From: Thermoanaerobaculia bacterium
GTDB taxonomy: Bacteria > Acidobacteriota > Thermoanaerobaculia > Multivoradales > UBA5704
Assembly (NCBI GenBank): GCA_036275055.1
Contig: DASUEN010000222.1
Coordinates: forward strand, 26,498-90,497
DNA length: 64,000 nt
Direction: 5' to 3'
The translations under genes were made by a program, and so were the position numbers. This document shows, one piece after another, positions 1-12,946 of the stretch. Within the stretch, counting starts at the first letter, position 1. Each line of letters opens with the position of its first letter. The notes under the pieces were generated by a model that made no database searches, was not told the DNA's origin, and saw only the letters and a program-made list of their open reading frames with translations.

Positions 1-840
1 CCGCTCGATGGCATCGTGCGCGGCGCTGCCGAAGCCGCGGGAGGCCGCGATCCCGGAGCCGATCTCCACCCCTTTGACGGCGTGGATGGAGAGGATGGCC
101 TGGGCGAGGCGGCCGTCCAGCTTTTCGTCCCATTGCACGTGCGAGCCGAGCCCGGGCGGCACGTTGTGGGCGATCACCGTCACGGCGCCCCCCAGGGTGT
201 CCCCCTCCTCCTTGGCCTGATCGACCAGGCGGATCATCTCCGGCTCCAGCGCGCGGTGGATGGCCCGCAGCGGCGAGGTCTCGTCCACCTGCAGGAGGTC
301 GTCCCAGGTGGGAGGGGGAGCGTCGGCGCCGATGGGCCCCAGGAAGCGGACGCCGCTCTTGACGTCGATGCCGAATTCGCGCAGCAGCATGCGGGCGAAG
401 GCGCCGGCCGCGACGCGGGCCGTGGTCTCGCGGGCGGAGGCGCGCTCCAGGACGTCGCGCAGGTCGCGCCGGTCGTACTTGATCCCCCCGGCGAGGTCGG
501 TGTGGCCGGGGCGCGGCGACTTCAGGCGCCGCAGCTCGGCCAGGCGGGGATCGACTTCCTCCGGCCCCATCACCTTCTCCCAGTTGGCGTAGTCGCGGTT
601 GGCGATCCACAGCACCAGGGGGGAGCCGAGGGTCTCGCCGCCGCGCACCCCGGCGCGGACCTCCGCGGTGTCCTTCTCGATCTGCATGCGGCGCCCCCGG
701 CCGTGGCCGTGCTGGCGGCGGGCGAGGTCGTGGGCGAGCAGGCCGAAGTCCACCCGCAGCCCCGCGGGGAGACCCGTGAGCAGAGCGGTGAGGCCGGGGC
801 CGTGGCTCTCGCCGCCGGTGGTGAGCTGAAGCCGGCGCAT
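1..840 (-). CDS. aroC: chorismate synthase, 3' (C-terminal) end truncated by window edge
   Basis: Minus-strand translation starts MRRLQLTTGGESHGPGLTALLTGLPAGL... with ATG at 840 (CAT 838-840 on plus) and AGGAGG-like sequence upstream. Classic AroC N-terminus (TxGESHG) and FMN-binding segments. The ORF runs off coordinate 1. The listed + ORF 16..855 is its antisense shadow. Confidence 0.85.
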   Translation of the reverse strand, partial: MRRLQLTTGGESHGPGLTALLTGLPAGLRVDFGLLAHDLARRQHGHGRGRRMQIEKDTAEVRAGVRGGETLGSPLVLWIANRDYANWEKVMGPEEVDPRLAELRRLKSPRPGHTDLAGGIKYDRRDLRDVLERASARETTARVAAGAFARMLLREFGIDVKSGVRFLGPIGADAPPPTWDDLLQVDETSPLRAIHRALEPEMIRLVDQAKEEGDTLGGAVTVIAHNVPPGLGSHVQWDEKLDGRLAQAILSIHAVKGVEIGSGIAASRGFGSAAHDAIER

Positions 841-867
841 GGCGGGGAAGGATAGCAGGAGGCGGGG

Positions 868-2163
868 ATGGGGTGCGGTATCCTTCCTCCCGCCATGAAC
901 GAGACCTCTCCCACCCCCTCCTCCTGGAGCCCGATCCTTCCCCCCGAAACCGCCGGACGCGCTCTGCAGGTGGTCGGCGAGATCGCCGCCGCCCTCGAGT
1001 CGCGGCCGGCCTCGGCGTCTCCCGCGGGCGGCCCGGGCCTGGCGGGCGGCACCGCGGGGCTCGCCCTGTTCTTCTCCTATCTCGACCAGGCTCGCCCCGA
1101 GGAAGGCTTCGACGAGCTGGCCATGGAGCTGCTGGAGGAGGCCGTCACCGCCACCGCGGAGAGCCCGCTGCTGCCGAGTCTCTACAGCGGTTTCTCAGGG
1201 GTCGGCTGGATCATGGAGCACCTGCGGGGCCGGCTCTACGAAGACGAGGAAGGGGAGGACTCGGGCGAAGAAGTGGCCGCGGCGCTGGCCGAGCACGTGG
1301 GGATCACGCCGTGGCTCGGGCACTACGACCTCATCTCCGGCCTGGTGGGCTTCGGCGTCTACGCCCGCGAGCGGCTGCCGCGCTCAGGTGGCAAGGAGTG
1401 CCTGCGCCGGGTGGTGGAGCGCCTCTCTGAGCTGGCCGAGCACGGTCCCCACGGCGCCACCTGGCTCACCGGGCCGGGGCTGATGCCGCAGCGGGAGGTG
1501 GATTTGTTCCCGGCGGGCTCCTACAACCTGGGCCTCGCCCACGGCGTCCCCGGCGTGATCGCCCTGCTGGGAGTGGCGCAGGAGTCCGGCATCGAGAGCC
1601 AGCCGCTGCTGGACGATGCCGTCGCCTGGCTGCTGGCGCAGAAGCTGCCGGCGGACGAGGAGTCGGTTTTCGGCTACAGCGTGGCCGCTGGGGTCGAGCA
1701 GGGCTCGTCGCGCGTCGCCTGGTGCTACGGCGACCTGGGGATCGCCGCCTCCCTGCTGGTGGCCGCCCGGGCGATCGGAGAGAGCGACTGGGAACGCGAG
1801 GCCCTGGCGATCACCCACCGGGCCGCGGCGAGGTCGCTGGAGAGCTCGGGAGTGATCGACGCCGGCCTTTGCCATGGCGCCGCCGGCGTCGCCCACCTCT
1901 TCAACCGCCTCCACCAGGCGACCGGTGATCCGGCCCTGGGGGACGCGGCCCGGCGCTGGATCGATCAAACCCTGGCCTTGCGCACCCCGGGGGTGGGCAT
2001 CGGCGGTTATCAGATGTGGGTGCCGGATGAGGACAGGAACCTCGGCTGGCGCGACGATCCGGGCTTCCTCACCGGCTCTCTCGGAGTGGGGCTCGCCCTG
2101 CTGGCGGCGGCCACGGAGGTCGAGCCGGAGTGGGACCGGGTGCTGCAGGTTTCGCCGCTGTGA
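868..2163 (+). CDS. LanC-like (lanthionine synthetase C-like) cyclase-domain protein, stand-alone
   Basis: 431 aa. LanC motifs seen: GFSGVGW, LGLAHGVPGV (Gx2HG), AWCYGDLGIA (WCxG), CHGAAGVAHLF (CHG). AGGAGG at 853-858 precedes ATG 868. No LanA/LanB/LanM-like neighbour. Confidence 0.75.
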   Translation: MGCGILPPAMNETSPTPSSWSPILPPETAGRALQVVGEIAAALESRPASASPAGGPGLAGGTAGLALFFSYLDQARPEEGFDELAMELLEEAVTATAESPLLPSLYSGFSGVGWIMEHLRGRLYEDEEGEDSGEEVAAALAEHVGITPWLGHYDLISGLVGFGVYARERLPRSGGKECLRRVVERLSELAEHGPHGATWLTGPGLMPQREVDLFPAGSYNLGLAHGVPGVIALLGVAQESGIESQPLLDDAVAWLLAQKLPADEESVFGYSVAAGVEQGSSRVAWCYGDLGIAASLLVAARAIGESDWEREALAITHRAAARSLESSGVIDAGLCHGAAGVAHLFNRLHQATGDPALGDAARRWIDQTLALRTPGVGIGGYQMWVPDEDRNLGWRDDPGFLTGSLGVGLALLAAATEVEPEWDRVLQVSPL

Positions 2164-2242
2164 AGGGGGTGGGAGCGCGGCCTCTATTTGAGCCGCGTCT
2201 AAAGCTGAGCGATGGGAGCGCGTTTTTACGTCTTTATAGGGC

Positions 2243-4528
2243 ATGGACAAACGAACCGCTCCCATGCTCCTGCCGGCCGCGGGCTTCGCCGCCGGTTCCC
2301 TGCTCGCTTTCGAGCTCTCCTACCTGACGGTGCCGCTGCTGGCGGCCCTGGCCCTGCTGGCCTTCGCCCTGCGGCGGACCGCCTTCACCTGCCTGGCCTT
2401 CTTCAGCCTCGGCCTGCTCGCCGCCGCCGTGCGCCTCGGGCTCCCCGCGGATCCTGCCGCGGGGCTGATCCGGGAGAGCCCGGTCGAGGCCGTGGTGCGC
2501 GTCGCCGGCCACTGGTCCCCGGACGACGACGGCTGGTCCGCTCCCTGCCGCCTGCTGCGCCTGCGCCAGGGGGAGGCCATCCGGTCTCTTCCTCTGGAGG
2601 TCGCCGTCCACCTCCCCGGTCCCGAGGAGCCGCCGCCGCCCTTTGGCTCGACCCTGCGCATTCGGGGCTATCTCAGCCGCTCGCCGGGGTTCGCCAACCG
2701 CATCCCCGTGCCGCCGGGGCCGTGGCGGCTGCGAGTGAAGAGCCGCCAGCTCCTGGAGGTCGAGGCGCAGCCCGGTTGGATCGACCGCCTCTCCGGCTCC
2801 CTGCGCCGGCGGGTGGAGGAGGCCTACCAGGCGGTGGGCCCCGGCAGCGAGGGCGAGCGGCAGGGGAAGGCCCTGGCCCGCGCCCTGGTGCTGGGCGACG
2901 CCGGCCAGCTTCCCGTGGACTGGAAGCGAGGGCTGCGGGTGACGGGCGTCTACCATCTCCTCTCCGTCTCCGGCGTCCACGTGGCCTTGGTGGCGGGGGC
3001 GGTCTGGCTCCTCGGGGCGTTCCTCCCCAGGCGGCTCCGCCTCCTCGCGATGCTGGCGGTCAGCGCTCTCTACCTGTTGCTCGTGGGGCCGCTGCCGGCG
3101 ATGGTGCGCTCCGCCGTCATGGCCTGGCTGGCGGTCCTGGCCCTCCTCGCCGAGCGTCCGCCGGCAGCCGCCAACGCCCTGGGCTGGGCGGTGATCCTGC
3201 TGGTGCTCGACCGCCCCGAGGTGGTGCAGTCCCCGGCCTTCCAGCTCACCGTATCGGCCACGGTGGGCCTCCTCCTGCTGGCGCCGCCCCTCGCCGCCCG
3301 CTGGCGGAGCCGCTGGGCTCCGGGGTGGCTCACGGCGTCCCTGGCGGCGAGCGTCAGCGCGCAGCTCGCCACCCTCCCCTGGGCGCTGCCACGGTTCTAC
3401 CTCCTCTCGCCCGCGGCGCTGCTGCTCAACCTGCCCGCCGTGCCCTGGACAGGTTTGACGCTCGCGGCCTCCCTCGTCTGGACCCTGATCGCTCTCGCCT
3501 CCCCGTCTCTGGCAGCATGGCTGCTGCCGGCTCTCGATCACCTCGCGGTGCCCTTCGCCTGGCCTGCGCATACGCCGCCCGGCCTGTGGTGCTCGCTGCC
3601 GGTCGCGATCCCCTTGTGGGGCGCCTGGCTCCTCGCCGCCTGCCTCGGGCTGGCGCTCCTGTTGCCGCCCCGCCTGCGGGCTCTGCGCCTTGCCGCCGCC
3701 CTCTGCGCCGGAGCCGGTCTCTGGGCCGCCGCGGCGGGAGCCGGTACCGGGCGCCGCGGACCTGAGCTGGCGATGCTCGACGTGGGGCAGGGCGACTCCA
3801 TCCTGCTGCGCGACGGCGGCCGCGCCATCCTGGTGGACGGCGGCGGGTGGGACAACGCCGACCTGGGAGGGCGCGTGCTGCTGCCAGCCCTGCTGGGCGA
3901 GGGCGTCCATCGCCTCGAGGCCGTCGTGATGACTCATCCCGACCGCGACCACTGCGGAGGGCTGGTGGACGTCAGCTCCTACCTCCCGGTGAAGGAGGTC
4001 TGGAGCGCCCCGGGATGGGAGCCCAAGGGGTGCGCCGGCCGGCTGTTGTCCCTCCCCGGCCTGCGTCATCGCTTCCTTTCGCGGGGCCAGCACCTCGCCC
4101 TCGGCCGCTGGCGGCTGACGGTTCTCCATCCGCAGGCCGACGGTCACCGCGCCACCAACGAGCGCTCGCTGGTGCTCCTCGCCTCGGTCCATGGCCGGAA
4201 GGCGCTCCTCACCGGCGACATCGAGCGGCAGTCGGAGCATGAGCTGGCGGACTGCTGCGCCCCGGCGCTGCGGACGGACGTCCTCAAGGTGGCCCACCAC
4301 GGCAGCCGGACTTCCTCGACTGCGTCCTTCCTGGAGGCCGCCACGCCCCGTCTGGCGCTGATCTCAGCCGGCGTGCGCAACGTCTACCATCACCCGTCGC
4401 CAGAGGTCGTGGCGCGGCTGCAGGAAGGGGGAGCCCACGTCCTGCGGACGGACCGCAGCGGCGAGATCCTCCTCGCCTTCGGAGCCGACGGGAAGATCCG
4501 CATCGCGACGCCGGGAGAGCCGAAATGA
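2243..4528 (+). CDS. comEC: DNA internalization competence protein ComEC/Rec2 (membrane domain + metallo-beta-lactamase domain)
   Basis: 761 aa. Multi-TM N-terminal region. C-terminal MBL motifs: LDVGQGDSILL, HPDRDHCGG, KVAHHGSRTS. Confidence 0.85.
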   Translation: MDKRTAPMLLPAAGFAAGSLLAFELSYLTVPLLAALALLAFALRRTAFTCLAFFSLGLLAAAVRLGLPADPAAGLIRESPVEAVVRVAGHWSPDDDGWSAPCRLLRLRQGEAIRSLPLEVAVHLPGPEEPPPPFGSTLRIRGYLSRSPGFANRIPVPPGPWRLRVKSRQLLEVEAQPGWIDRLSGSLRRRVEEAYQAVGPGSEGERQGKALARALVLGDAGQLPVDWKRGLRVTGVYHLLSVSGVHVALVAGAVWLLGAFLPRRLRLLAMLAVSALYLLLVGPLPAMVRSAVMAWLAVLALLAERPPAAANALGWAVILLVLDRPEVVQSPAFQLTVSATVGLLLLAPPLAARWRSRWAPGWLTASLAASVSAQLATLPWALPRFYLLSPAALLLNLPAVPWTGLTLAASLVWTLIALASPSLAAWLLPALDHLAVPFAWPAHTPPGLWCSLPVAIPLWGAWLLAACLGLALLLPPRLRALRLAAALCAGAGLWAAAAGAGTGRRGPELAMLDVGQGDSILLRDGGRAILVDGGGWDNADLGGRVLLPALLGEGVHRLEAVVMTHPDRDHCGGLVDVSSYLPVKEVWSAPGWEPKGCAGRLLSLPGLRHRFLSRGQHLALGRWRLTVLHPQADGHRATNERSLVLLASVHGRKALLTGDIERQSEHELADCCAPALRTDVLKVAHHGSRTSSTASFLEAATPRLALISAGVRNVYHHPSPEVVARLQEGGAHVLRTDRSGEILLAFGADGKIRIATPGEPK

Positions 4529-5916
4529 GCCGGGCCCGGCGCAGCTTCGACGTCGGGTCCAGGGCGGCCGGTGCCATGGACTTGCTGGACAAGAAGGGCA
4601 AGCGGACCGCGCTCACCTGCCTGGGCAGTGGGATCTTTTCCCGCGCCGGGAGGTCCCAGGACGATCCGCTGCCGGTGGTCTTCGAGGAGCAGGCGAGCGG
4701 ACTGCTGCGGGTCGCCCATCGGGAGATGGTGATCCGGTTCGAGCCTGCGGCTCCCGGCAGGCGGCGGCGAGCCATCCTGGGGTGGTATGACTTCGAGGTG
4801 CTCCGCAGGAACGCCTTCATCGCCGACCAGGTGGTCGTGGGCCACCCCGGAGGGAAGTATGCCGGCGAGGACCTGATCGAGATCGCCAATCGCCTGATCG
4901 CACTCGACGAGGTGGAGCTGGCGGCGCCGGCCTTCCTCTCCCAGTACCGGCGGGAGGCTCCTCCCTCCATCCTGCCGCAGGAGTGGCACCTGGGGAGCTC
5001 GGGCCTCGGCGTCCAGGCGGCCTGGAAGGTCACGACGGGAGACCGCGGGATCGTCGTCGCCGTGCTCGACGACGGCGTCGACGTGGATCACCCCGCCCTC
5101 ACAGACAATCTTTGGAGGAACCCGGACCCGAGCGCCCGCGACCGGACCGGCCGTGACTTCTTCCTCCCTGACGATCATCCCGGTCACTTCGATCCGCGAC
5201 CCAAGAGGTTTCAGTTCCCCTTCGACCGGACGAAGGGCAACGACCTCCACGGCACGGCCTGCGCCGGCCTCATTGCGGCGGGCGGAATCGGGTACGGCTC
5301 GGTCGGAGTGGCTCCGGGATGCCGCTTCCTCCCCGTCAAGATCTTCCTCGGCGATGCCCTGGTGCCGGACGAGCGGGTGGCGGACGCCATTCGCTACGCT
5401 GCGATCCATGCCGACGCTCTTTGCTGTTCCTGGACCGGGAGCGCGAGCCCGGACGTCGCTCTCGCCCTGGAGGACGCCGGCAGGTTGGGACGGCAGGGGC
5501 GAGGCTCGGCGGTTTTCTGCGCCGCGGGGAACGACGGCGGCCGCGTGGCCTTCCCGGCCCGTGATCCCCACGCCATCGCCGTGGGGGCCGTGACGGACCA
5601 GGGGGAACGGGCCGCCTACTCGAACACCGGGCCGGAGGTCGCGATCCTGGCGCCTTCGAGCGGGGGAGAGCGCTCGATCTTCACGACCGACATCTCGATT
5701 CCAGGCCGGGGCTACAATCCGGACGGTCTCTACACGAACCGCTTCGGCGGCACCTCGGCGGCCACGGCCCTGGCGGCCGGCGTCGGCGCGCTCGTGCTCT
5801 CCGTCCGTCCCGCCCTAAGCCGGGAGGAGCTGGCGGAGATCCTGAAAATCACAGCGGATGCCGGACGGCTCGACGCCTGCCGGGCGGTGGAAGAGACCCT
5901 CGAACAGGTGAAGTAG
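4525..5916 (+). CDS. S8 family subtilisin-like serine peptidase with N-terminal propeptide-like region
   Basis: 463 aa. Catalytic triad motifs: DDGVDVDHPAL (Asp), HGTACAGLIAAGG (His), GGTSAATALAAGV (Ser). Start ATGA-overlaps the comEC stop. Confidence 0.85.
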   Translation: MSRARRSFDVGSRAAGAMDLLDKKGKRTALTCLGSGIFSRAGRSQDDPLPVVFEEQASGLLRVAHREMVIRFEPAAPGRRRRAILGWYDFEVLRRNAFIADQVVVGHPGGKYAGEDLIEIANRLIALDEVELAAPAFLSQYRREAPPSILPQEWHLGSSGLGVQAAWKVTTGDRGIVVAVLDDGVDVDHPALTDNLWRNPDPSARDRTGRDFFLPDDHPGHFDPRPKRFQFPFDRTKGNDLHGTACAGLIAAGGIGYGSVGVAPGCRFLPVKIFLGDALVPDERVADAIRYAAIHADALCCSWTGSASPDVALALEDAGRLGRQGRGSAVFCAAGNDGGRVAFPARDPHAIAVGAVTDQGERAAYSNTGPEVAILAPSSGGERSIFTTDISIPGRGYNPDGLYTNRFGGTSAATALAAGVGALVLSVRPALSREELAEILKITADAGRLDACRAVEETLEQVK

Positions 5917-5926
5917 AGGGGTTTTG

Positions 5927-6202
5927 CTACGCGGCGCGCTGATAGCGGCTCGAGCGGTTGGCCCACACCGCTCGGGCCGTCCCCTCCTGCTCGATCGTCT
6001 GCACGAGATCGGAGAGGCTACGGGAAGGATCGGCCGGCTTGAACACGGCCTGCTCGCGGACGAATTCGTTGCGGCGGAGAAGGAGGAGGCCGTGCCGGCT
6101 GATAAGCTGGCGCAGCTCTTCATCCCCGGGGAACTGGGTGAAGCGGATGGTGATCTCGCCCGTAAGCTCGTACACCTCGTCATGGCTGGAGATCTGGTTC
6201 AT
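5927..6202 (-). CDS. small protein resembling the S8 peptidase propeptide region (stand-alone prodomain-like)
   Basis: 91 aa. ATG at 6202 with AAGGGAGAAG SD on the minus strand. 'ITIRFTQFPG...LLLLRRNEFVREQAVF...DLVQTIEQE' aligns with 'MVIRFEPAAPG...FEVLRRNAFIADQVVV...DLIEIANRL' of the adjacent peptidase. Convergent with the peptidase. Confidence 0.5.
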   Translation of the reverse strand: MNQISSHDEVYELTGEITIRFTQFPGDEELRQLISRHGLLLLRRNEFVREQAVFKPADPSRSLSDLVQTIEQEGTARAVWANRSSRYQRAA

Positions 6203-6277
6203 GGCTTCTCCCTTACGCCGCTCACTTTACCACACCCCGGTCATTCTCCGCCACAAACAAGATACCCTATCGTGGCC

Positions 6278-7216
6278 ATGGAGCCCGTGTTCGCCATCGT
6301 TGGACCCACCGCCACCGGCAAGAGCGCGCTGGGGGTGGCCCTCGCCGGCATCCTGGGGGGCGAGATCGTCAACGCCGACGCCCTTCAGGTCTACCGCGGG
6401 TTCGACATCGGCACGGCGAAGCCCGGCTCGGAGGAGCGCGCGCGGGTGCCGCACCACCTGGTCGACGTGCTCGAACCCCACGAGCGCTACTCGGCGGGCG
6501 AGTTCTCCCGCCGGGCGCGGGAGGCGATCGCTGAAATCCAGGGGCGGGGCCGCCTGCCCATCGTGGTGGGGGGGAGCGGCCTCTACCTGCGCGCCCTCTT
6601 CGCCGGCATCAGCCCGGTGCCCGCGGGCGATCCGCAGGTGCGGCGAACGCTGCGGCAGCGGCTGGAGGCCGAGGGGCTGGGGGTCCTGCGGGAGGAATTG
6701 AGGAGCCTCGATCCGCCCACGCTGGAGCGGCTCGGGGCCGGCGACACCCAGCGGGTGCTGCGTGCCCTGGAGGTCGTTCTCGTCTCTGGCCGGCCGCTCT
6801 CCGCTTGGATTTGCGAGCAACCCTTTGGCGCTCAGGGCATTGCGGCCATTCGTATCGGATTGACGCTCCCGCGCGCCATCTTATACGATCAAATCGTCGT
6901 ACGAGTCGCCCGGATGCTGGAAGCGGGCTGGGTGGAGGAGGTGAAGGCGCTTTTGCGCCGCGGCCTCGTGCCCACCCTTCCCGCTTTCCAGGCGATCGGG
7001 TATCGTCAGCTTGTTCGCCACCTGGAGGGGGCTCAATCTCTCGATCTGGCGGTCGCTGACATCGTGAGGGAGACGCGGCGTTTCGCCAAGCGGCAGGAGA
7101 CCTGGTTTCGGAAGGAGCCGGAGGTTACCTGGTTTTCCGCCCAGGATCTTGAACGGCAGATTCCGGGAGTACTTGAACATGCCAAGCACAGGGGTCTCGG
7201 GAGGGCGTATGGCTAA
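6278..7216 (+). CDS. miaA: tRNA dimethylallyltransferase
   Basis: MEPVFAIVGPTATGKSALGVALA (P-loop), DALQVYRGFDIGTAKP, HHLVDV. ATG at 6278 is in frame inside the longer track ORF 5924..7216. Confidence 0.9.
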   Translation: MEPVFAIVGPTATGKSALGVALAGILGGEIVNADALQVYRGFDIGTAKPGSEERARVPHHLVDVLEPHERYSAGEFSRRAREAIAEIQGRGRLPIVVGGSGLYLRALFAGISPVPAGDPQVRRTLRQRLEAEGLGVLREELRSLDPPTLERLGAGDTQRVLRALEVVLVSGRPLSAWICEQPFGAQGIAAIRIGLTLPRAILYDQIVVRVARMLEAGWVEEVKALLRRGLVPTLPAFQAIGYRQLVRHLEGAQSLDLAVADIVRETRRFAKRQETWFRKEPEVTWFSAQDLERQIPGVLEHAKHRGLGRAYG

Positions 7217-7424
7217 GCACAACATCAACATCCAGGATGGGTATCTCTTCCAGAGCCTCAAGGAAGGGCAGACCATGTATCTCGAGCTTGTCACCGGCAG
7301 GCACCTGCTGGGGCGCCTCAAGCGCTTCGACCGCTTCGCCGTGGTGCTCGAGAGCGAAGGCAAGGAAATCCTCATCTACAAGCATGCCATCGCCACCATC
7401 GCCGCGGCGCCCCACGCTTCCTGA
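7209..7424 (+). CDS. hfq: RNA chaperone Hfq
   Basis: 71 aa: MAKHNINIQDGYLFQSLKEGQTMYLELVTGRHLLGRLKRFDRFAVVLESEGKEILIYKHAIATI. Sm1/Sm2 (YKHAI) motifs present. GGGAGG SD at 7198-7203. Conserved miaA-hfq order, and the start overlaps the miaA 3' end. Confidence 0.9.
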   Translation: MAKHNINIQDGYLFQSLKEGQTMYLELVTGRHLLGRLKRFDRFAVVLESEGKEILIYKHAIATIAAAPHAS

Positions 7425-8790
7425 GGCAGGGCGCCATGGCTGCCGGGCTGCCGCGGCTCTCGTCCTGCTGGCCGTCTTACTGGCGGCGGGCACCGCTTGT
7501 AGCTCGGCGCCCCCGCCACCGGCGCGGGAGCCTGTCCGCCCCCCTGAGCCTCTCGCCCTCGCTCAGTCCGACCGGCCGTACCTGATCGATCCCTTCGAAG
7601 GCTATTCGCGCGAAGTCGACCCGGAGCGGCGCGAACGCCTGAGCGCCGCCTGGCGGAGCCTCATCGAGAGGGGGGAGTCCGCAGCCGCCAGCCGCATCGC
7701 CGGCGAGATGCTGGCGGAGGATCCGCAGCTTTTCCCGGCCCACGTCCTCGCCGCCCAGGTGGAGTTCGCGGCCGGCGACTACCGCGCCGTGCTCCTGCGC
7801 CTGCTCCCCGTGGGCGATACCCTTCCCGCTTACACGGCGAGCCAGCTCCTGCTGGGGCGCGCCACCGAGCGGATGGGGGACGTCGCCCTCGCCTACTCCG
7901 CCTACCGCGCCGTGGCCGCCCGCAGCCCGCTGGCCCTGAGGCGGGTCAACGAGCTCCATGCGCGGGCCCTGGAGATCGTCTCCAACCGCCTGGACGAGGC
8001 CCTGCGCGGCGGCAAGCTGCCGGAGGCCGAAAAGCAGCTCGACTTCCTGCGCAGTTGGGGGCCGTCCGAGACCCTCACCTACGAGGGCGCGCGCAAGGTG
8101 GCCGTGGCGCGCCAGGACCACAAGGCCGAGCTCGCCGCCGTCAAGGAGCTCGTGGGGCGCCACCCGGGCGACCGCCAGCTCCTCGAGCGCCGCTCGGACC
8201 TGGAGCTGGAGGTGGGGGACCCGGGCGCCGGTTTGAAGATCGTCCAGAACCTCGCCGCCGAGCACCCCAAAGACGCCGCCCTGGCGCAGAAGCTGGAATC
8301 CGCCAAGTTCCGCTGGCGGTTGTCGCAGCTCCCCCGCGACGTGCAGGAGGTGGCCACCAAGCCCGATTTGAGCCGCGCGGACTTCGCCCTCCTCCTCTAC
8401 TGGCTGGTGCCGGACGTGCGCAACAGCCGCCCCACGGCGGGGCGGATCGCCACCGACGTCCTCGACAATCCCCACCAGGAGGAGATCGTCCGCGTCGTCA
8501 ACCTCGGCCTGATGGACGTCGATCCCACTCTCCACCGCTTCTCCCCGGGTGGATCGATCCGCCGCGGCCCGGCGCTGCGGGTGGTGCTGCGCACCCTGGC
8601 GCGTTTCGGTGCGGGGAGCTGCGCCGGCCCGGGCGGGGCCAATGGCGGCAATGGCGGGAGTGTCTGCGATCCGGCCGTGGCGTGCGGGCTGCTGGGGGCC
8701 GACGACGACTGCGAGCCCACGGCTCCCCTCTCCGGCAGCGAGAGCATCGAGATCCTGCGGCGTACCGCGAAGCTCCTGGGCGGCTCATGA
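7384..8790 (+). CDS. hypothetical secreted/lipoprotein-like protein with TPR-like helical repeats and Cys-rich C-terminus
   Basis: ATG 7384 gives MPSPPSPRRPTLPEAGRHGCRAAAALVLLAVLLAAGTACSS (signal peptide). The start overlaps the hfq 3' end. The C-terminus holds a CAGPGGANGGNGGSVCDPAVACG...DDDCEP segment. The start call is uncertain. Confidence 0.55.
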   Translation: MPSPPSPRRPTLPEAGRHGCRAAAALVLLAVLLAAGTACSSAPPPPAREPVRPPEPLALAQSDRPYLIDPFEGYSREVDPERRERLSAAWRSLIERGESAAASRIAGEMLAEDPQLFPAHVLAAQVEFAAGDYRAVLLRLLPVGDTLPAYTASQLLLGRATERMGDVALAYSAYRAVAARSPLALRRVNELHARALEIVSNRLDEALRGGKLPEAEKQLDFLRSWGPSETLTYEGARKVAVARQDHKAELAAVKELVGRHPGDRQLLERRSDLELEVGDPGAGLKIVQNLAAEHPKDAALAQKLESAKFRWRLSQLPRDVQEVATKPDLSRADFALLLYWLVPDVRNSRPTAGRIATDVLDNPHQEEIVRVVNLGLMDVDPTLHRFSPGGSIRRGPALRVVLRTLARFGAGSCAGPGGANGGNGGSVCDPAVACGLLGADDDCEPTAPLSGSESIEILRRTAKLLGGS

Positions 8791-9356
8791 CCTTCACCGT
8801 CCCCAACCTGCTCACCTTTCTGCGCATGGGGCTCGTCCCCCTCTTCATCATCGCGGTGGTGAACGGGGATGCAACCAAGGCGCTCCTGATCTTCGTGGCG
8901 GCGGGCGCCACCGACGCCCTCGACGGCTTCATCGCCCGCTTCTGGGGGCAGCAGTCGCTCCTCGGCGCCTATCTCGACCCGATCGCCGACAAGCTCCTGC
9001 TGACCAGCGCCTACGTGGTGCTCTCCATCCCGAGCCTCGCCCACGGAGCACCCATCCCCGCCTGGGTCACCATCCTGGTGATCGCCCGCGACGTGCTGAT
9101 CCTCATCGTCGTCCTGACGCTCTACCTGGCCGCCAACATGCGCCGCTTCCCCCCGACCGTGCTGAGCAAGGTCAACACCCTCGTCCAGGTCGTGGCGGTG
9201 GTCCTCGTCCTCGCCGCCGGCTCCCTCGCCAGCCAGCACTGGCTCGCCGAGATCGCCACGGGCGCGGTTTACCTGGTCCCCGTGCTCACCGTGGCCTCCG
9301 GGCTCGACTACATCATCCGCGCCAGCCGGCTGGAGGCGACAAAGGCGAAGGGGTAG
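8787..9356 (+). CDS. pgsA: CDP-alcohol phosphatidyltransferase (phosphatidylglycerophosphate synthase-like)
   Basis: 189 aa. DALDGFIARFWGQQSLLGAYLDPIADK = D-x2-DG-x2-AR...G-x3-D-x3-D signature. ATGA overlap with the upstream stop. Confidence 0.75.
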   Translation: MTFTVPNLLTFLRMGLVPLFIIAVVNGDATKALLIFVAAGATDALDGFIARFWGQQSLLGAYLDPIADKLLLTSAYVVLSIPSLAHGAPIPAWVTILVIARDVLILIVVLTLYLAANMRRFPPTVLSKVNTLVQVVAVVLVLAAGSLASQHWLAEIATGAVYLVPVLTVASGLDYIIRASRLEATKAKG

Positions 9357-9413
9357 GGGGTAGGGGGCCATACCCGAATCTGATAACATCCCCCAAGGCG
9401 GAACGACCGCCCG

Positions 9414-12908
<3,495 letters not shown>

Positions 12909-12946
12909 ATCGTCCCTGTCCGTCCGTGTGTCGTCCTCGCGCGTCC

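Noticed and set aside
16-855. 279-aa + ORF at window start
   Set aside because: Antisense shadow of aroC, whose minus-strand translation shows canonical chorismate synthase motifs.
2234-4300. 688-aa minus ORF and 2212..3765 + ORF
   Set aside because: Alternative/antisense frames of comEC. Arg/Gly/Pro-rich, no motifs. comEC frame carries the MBL motifs.
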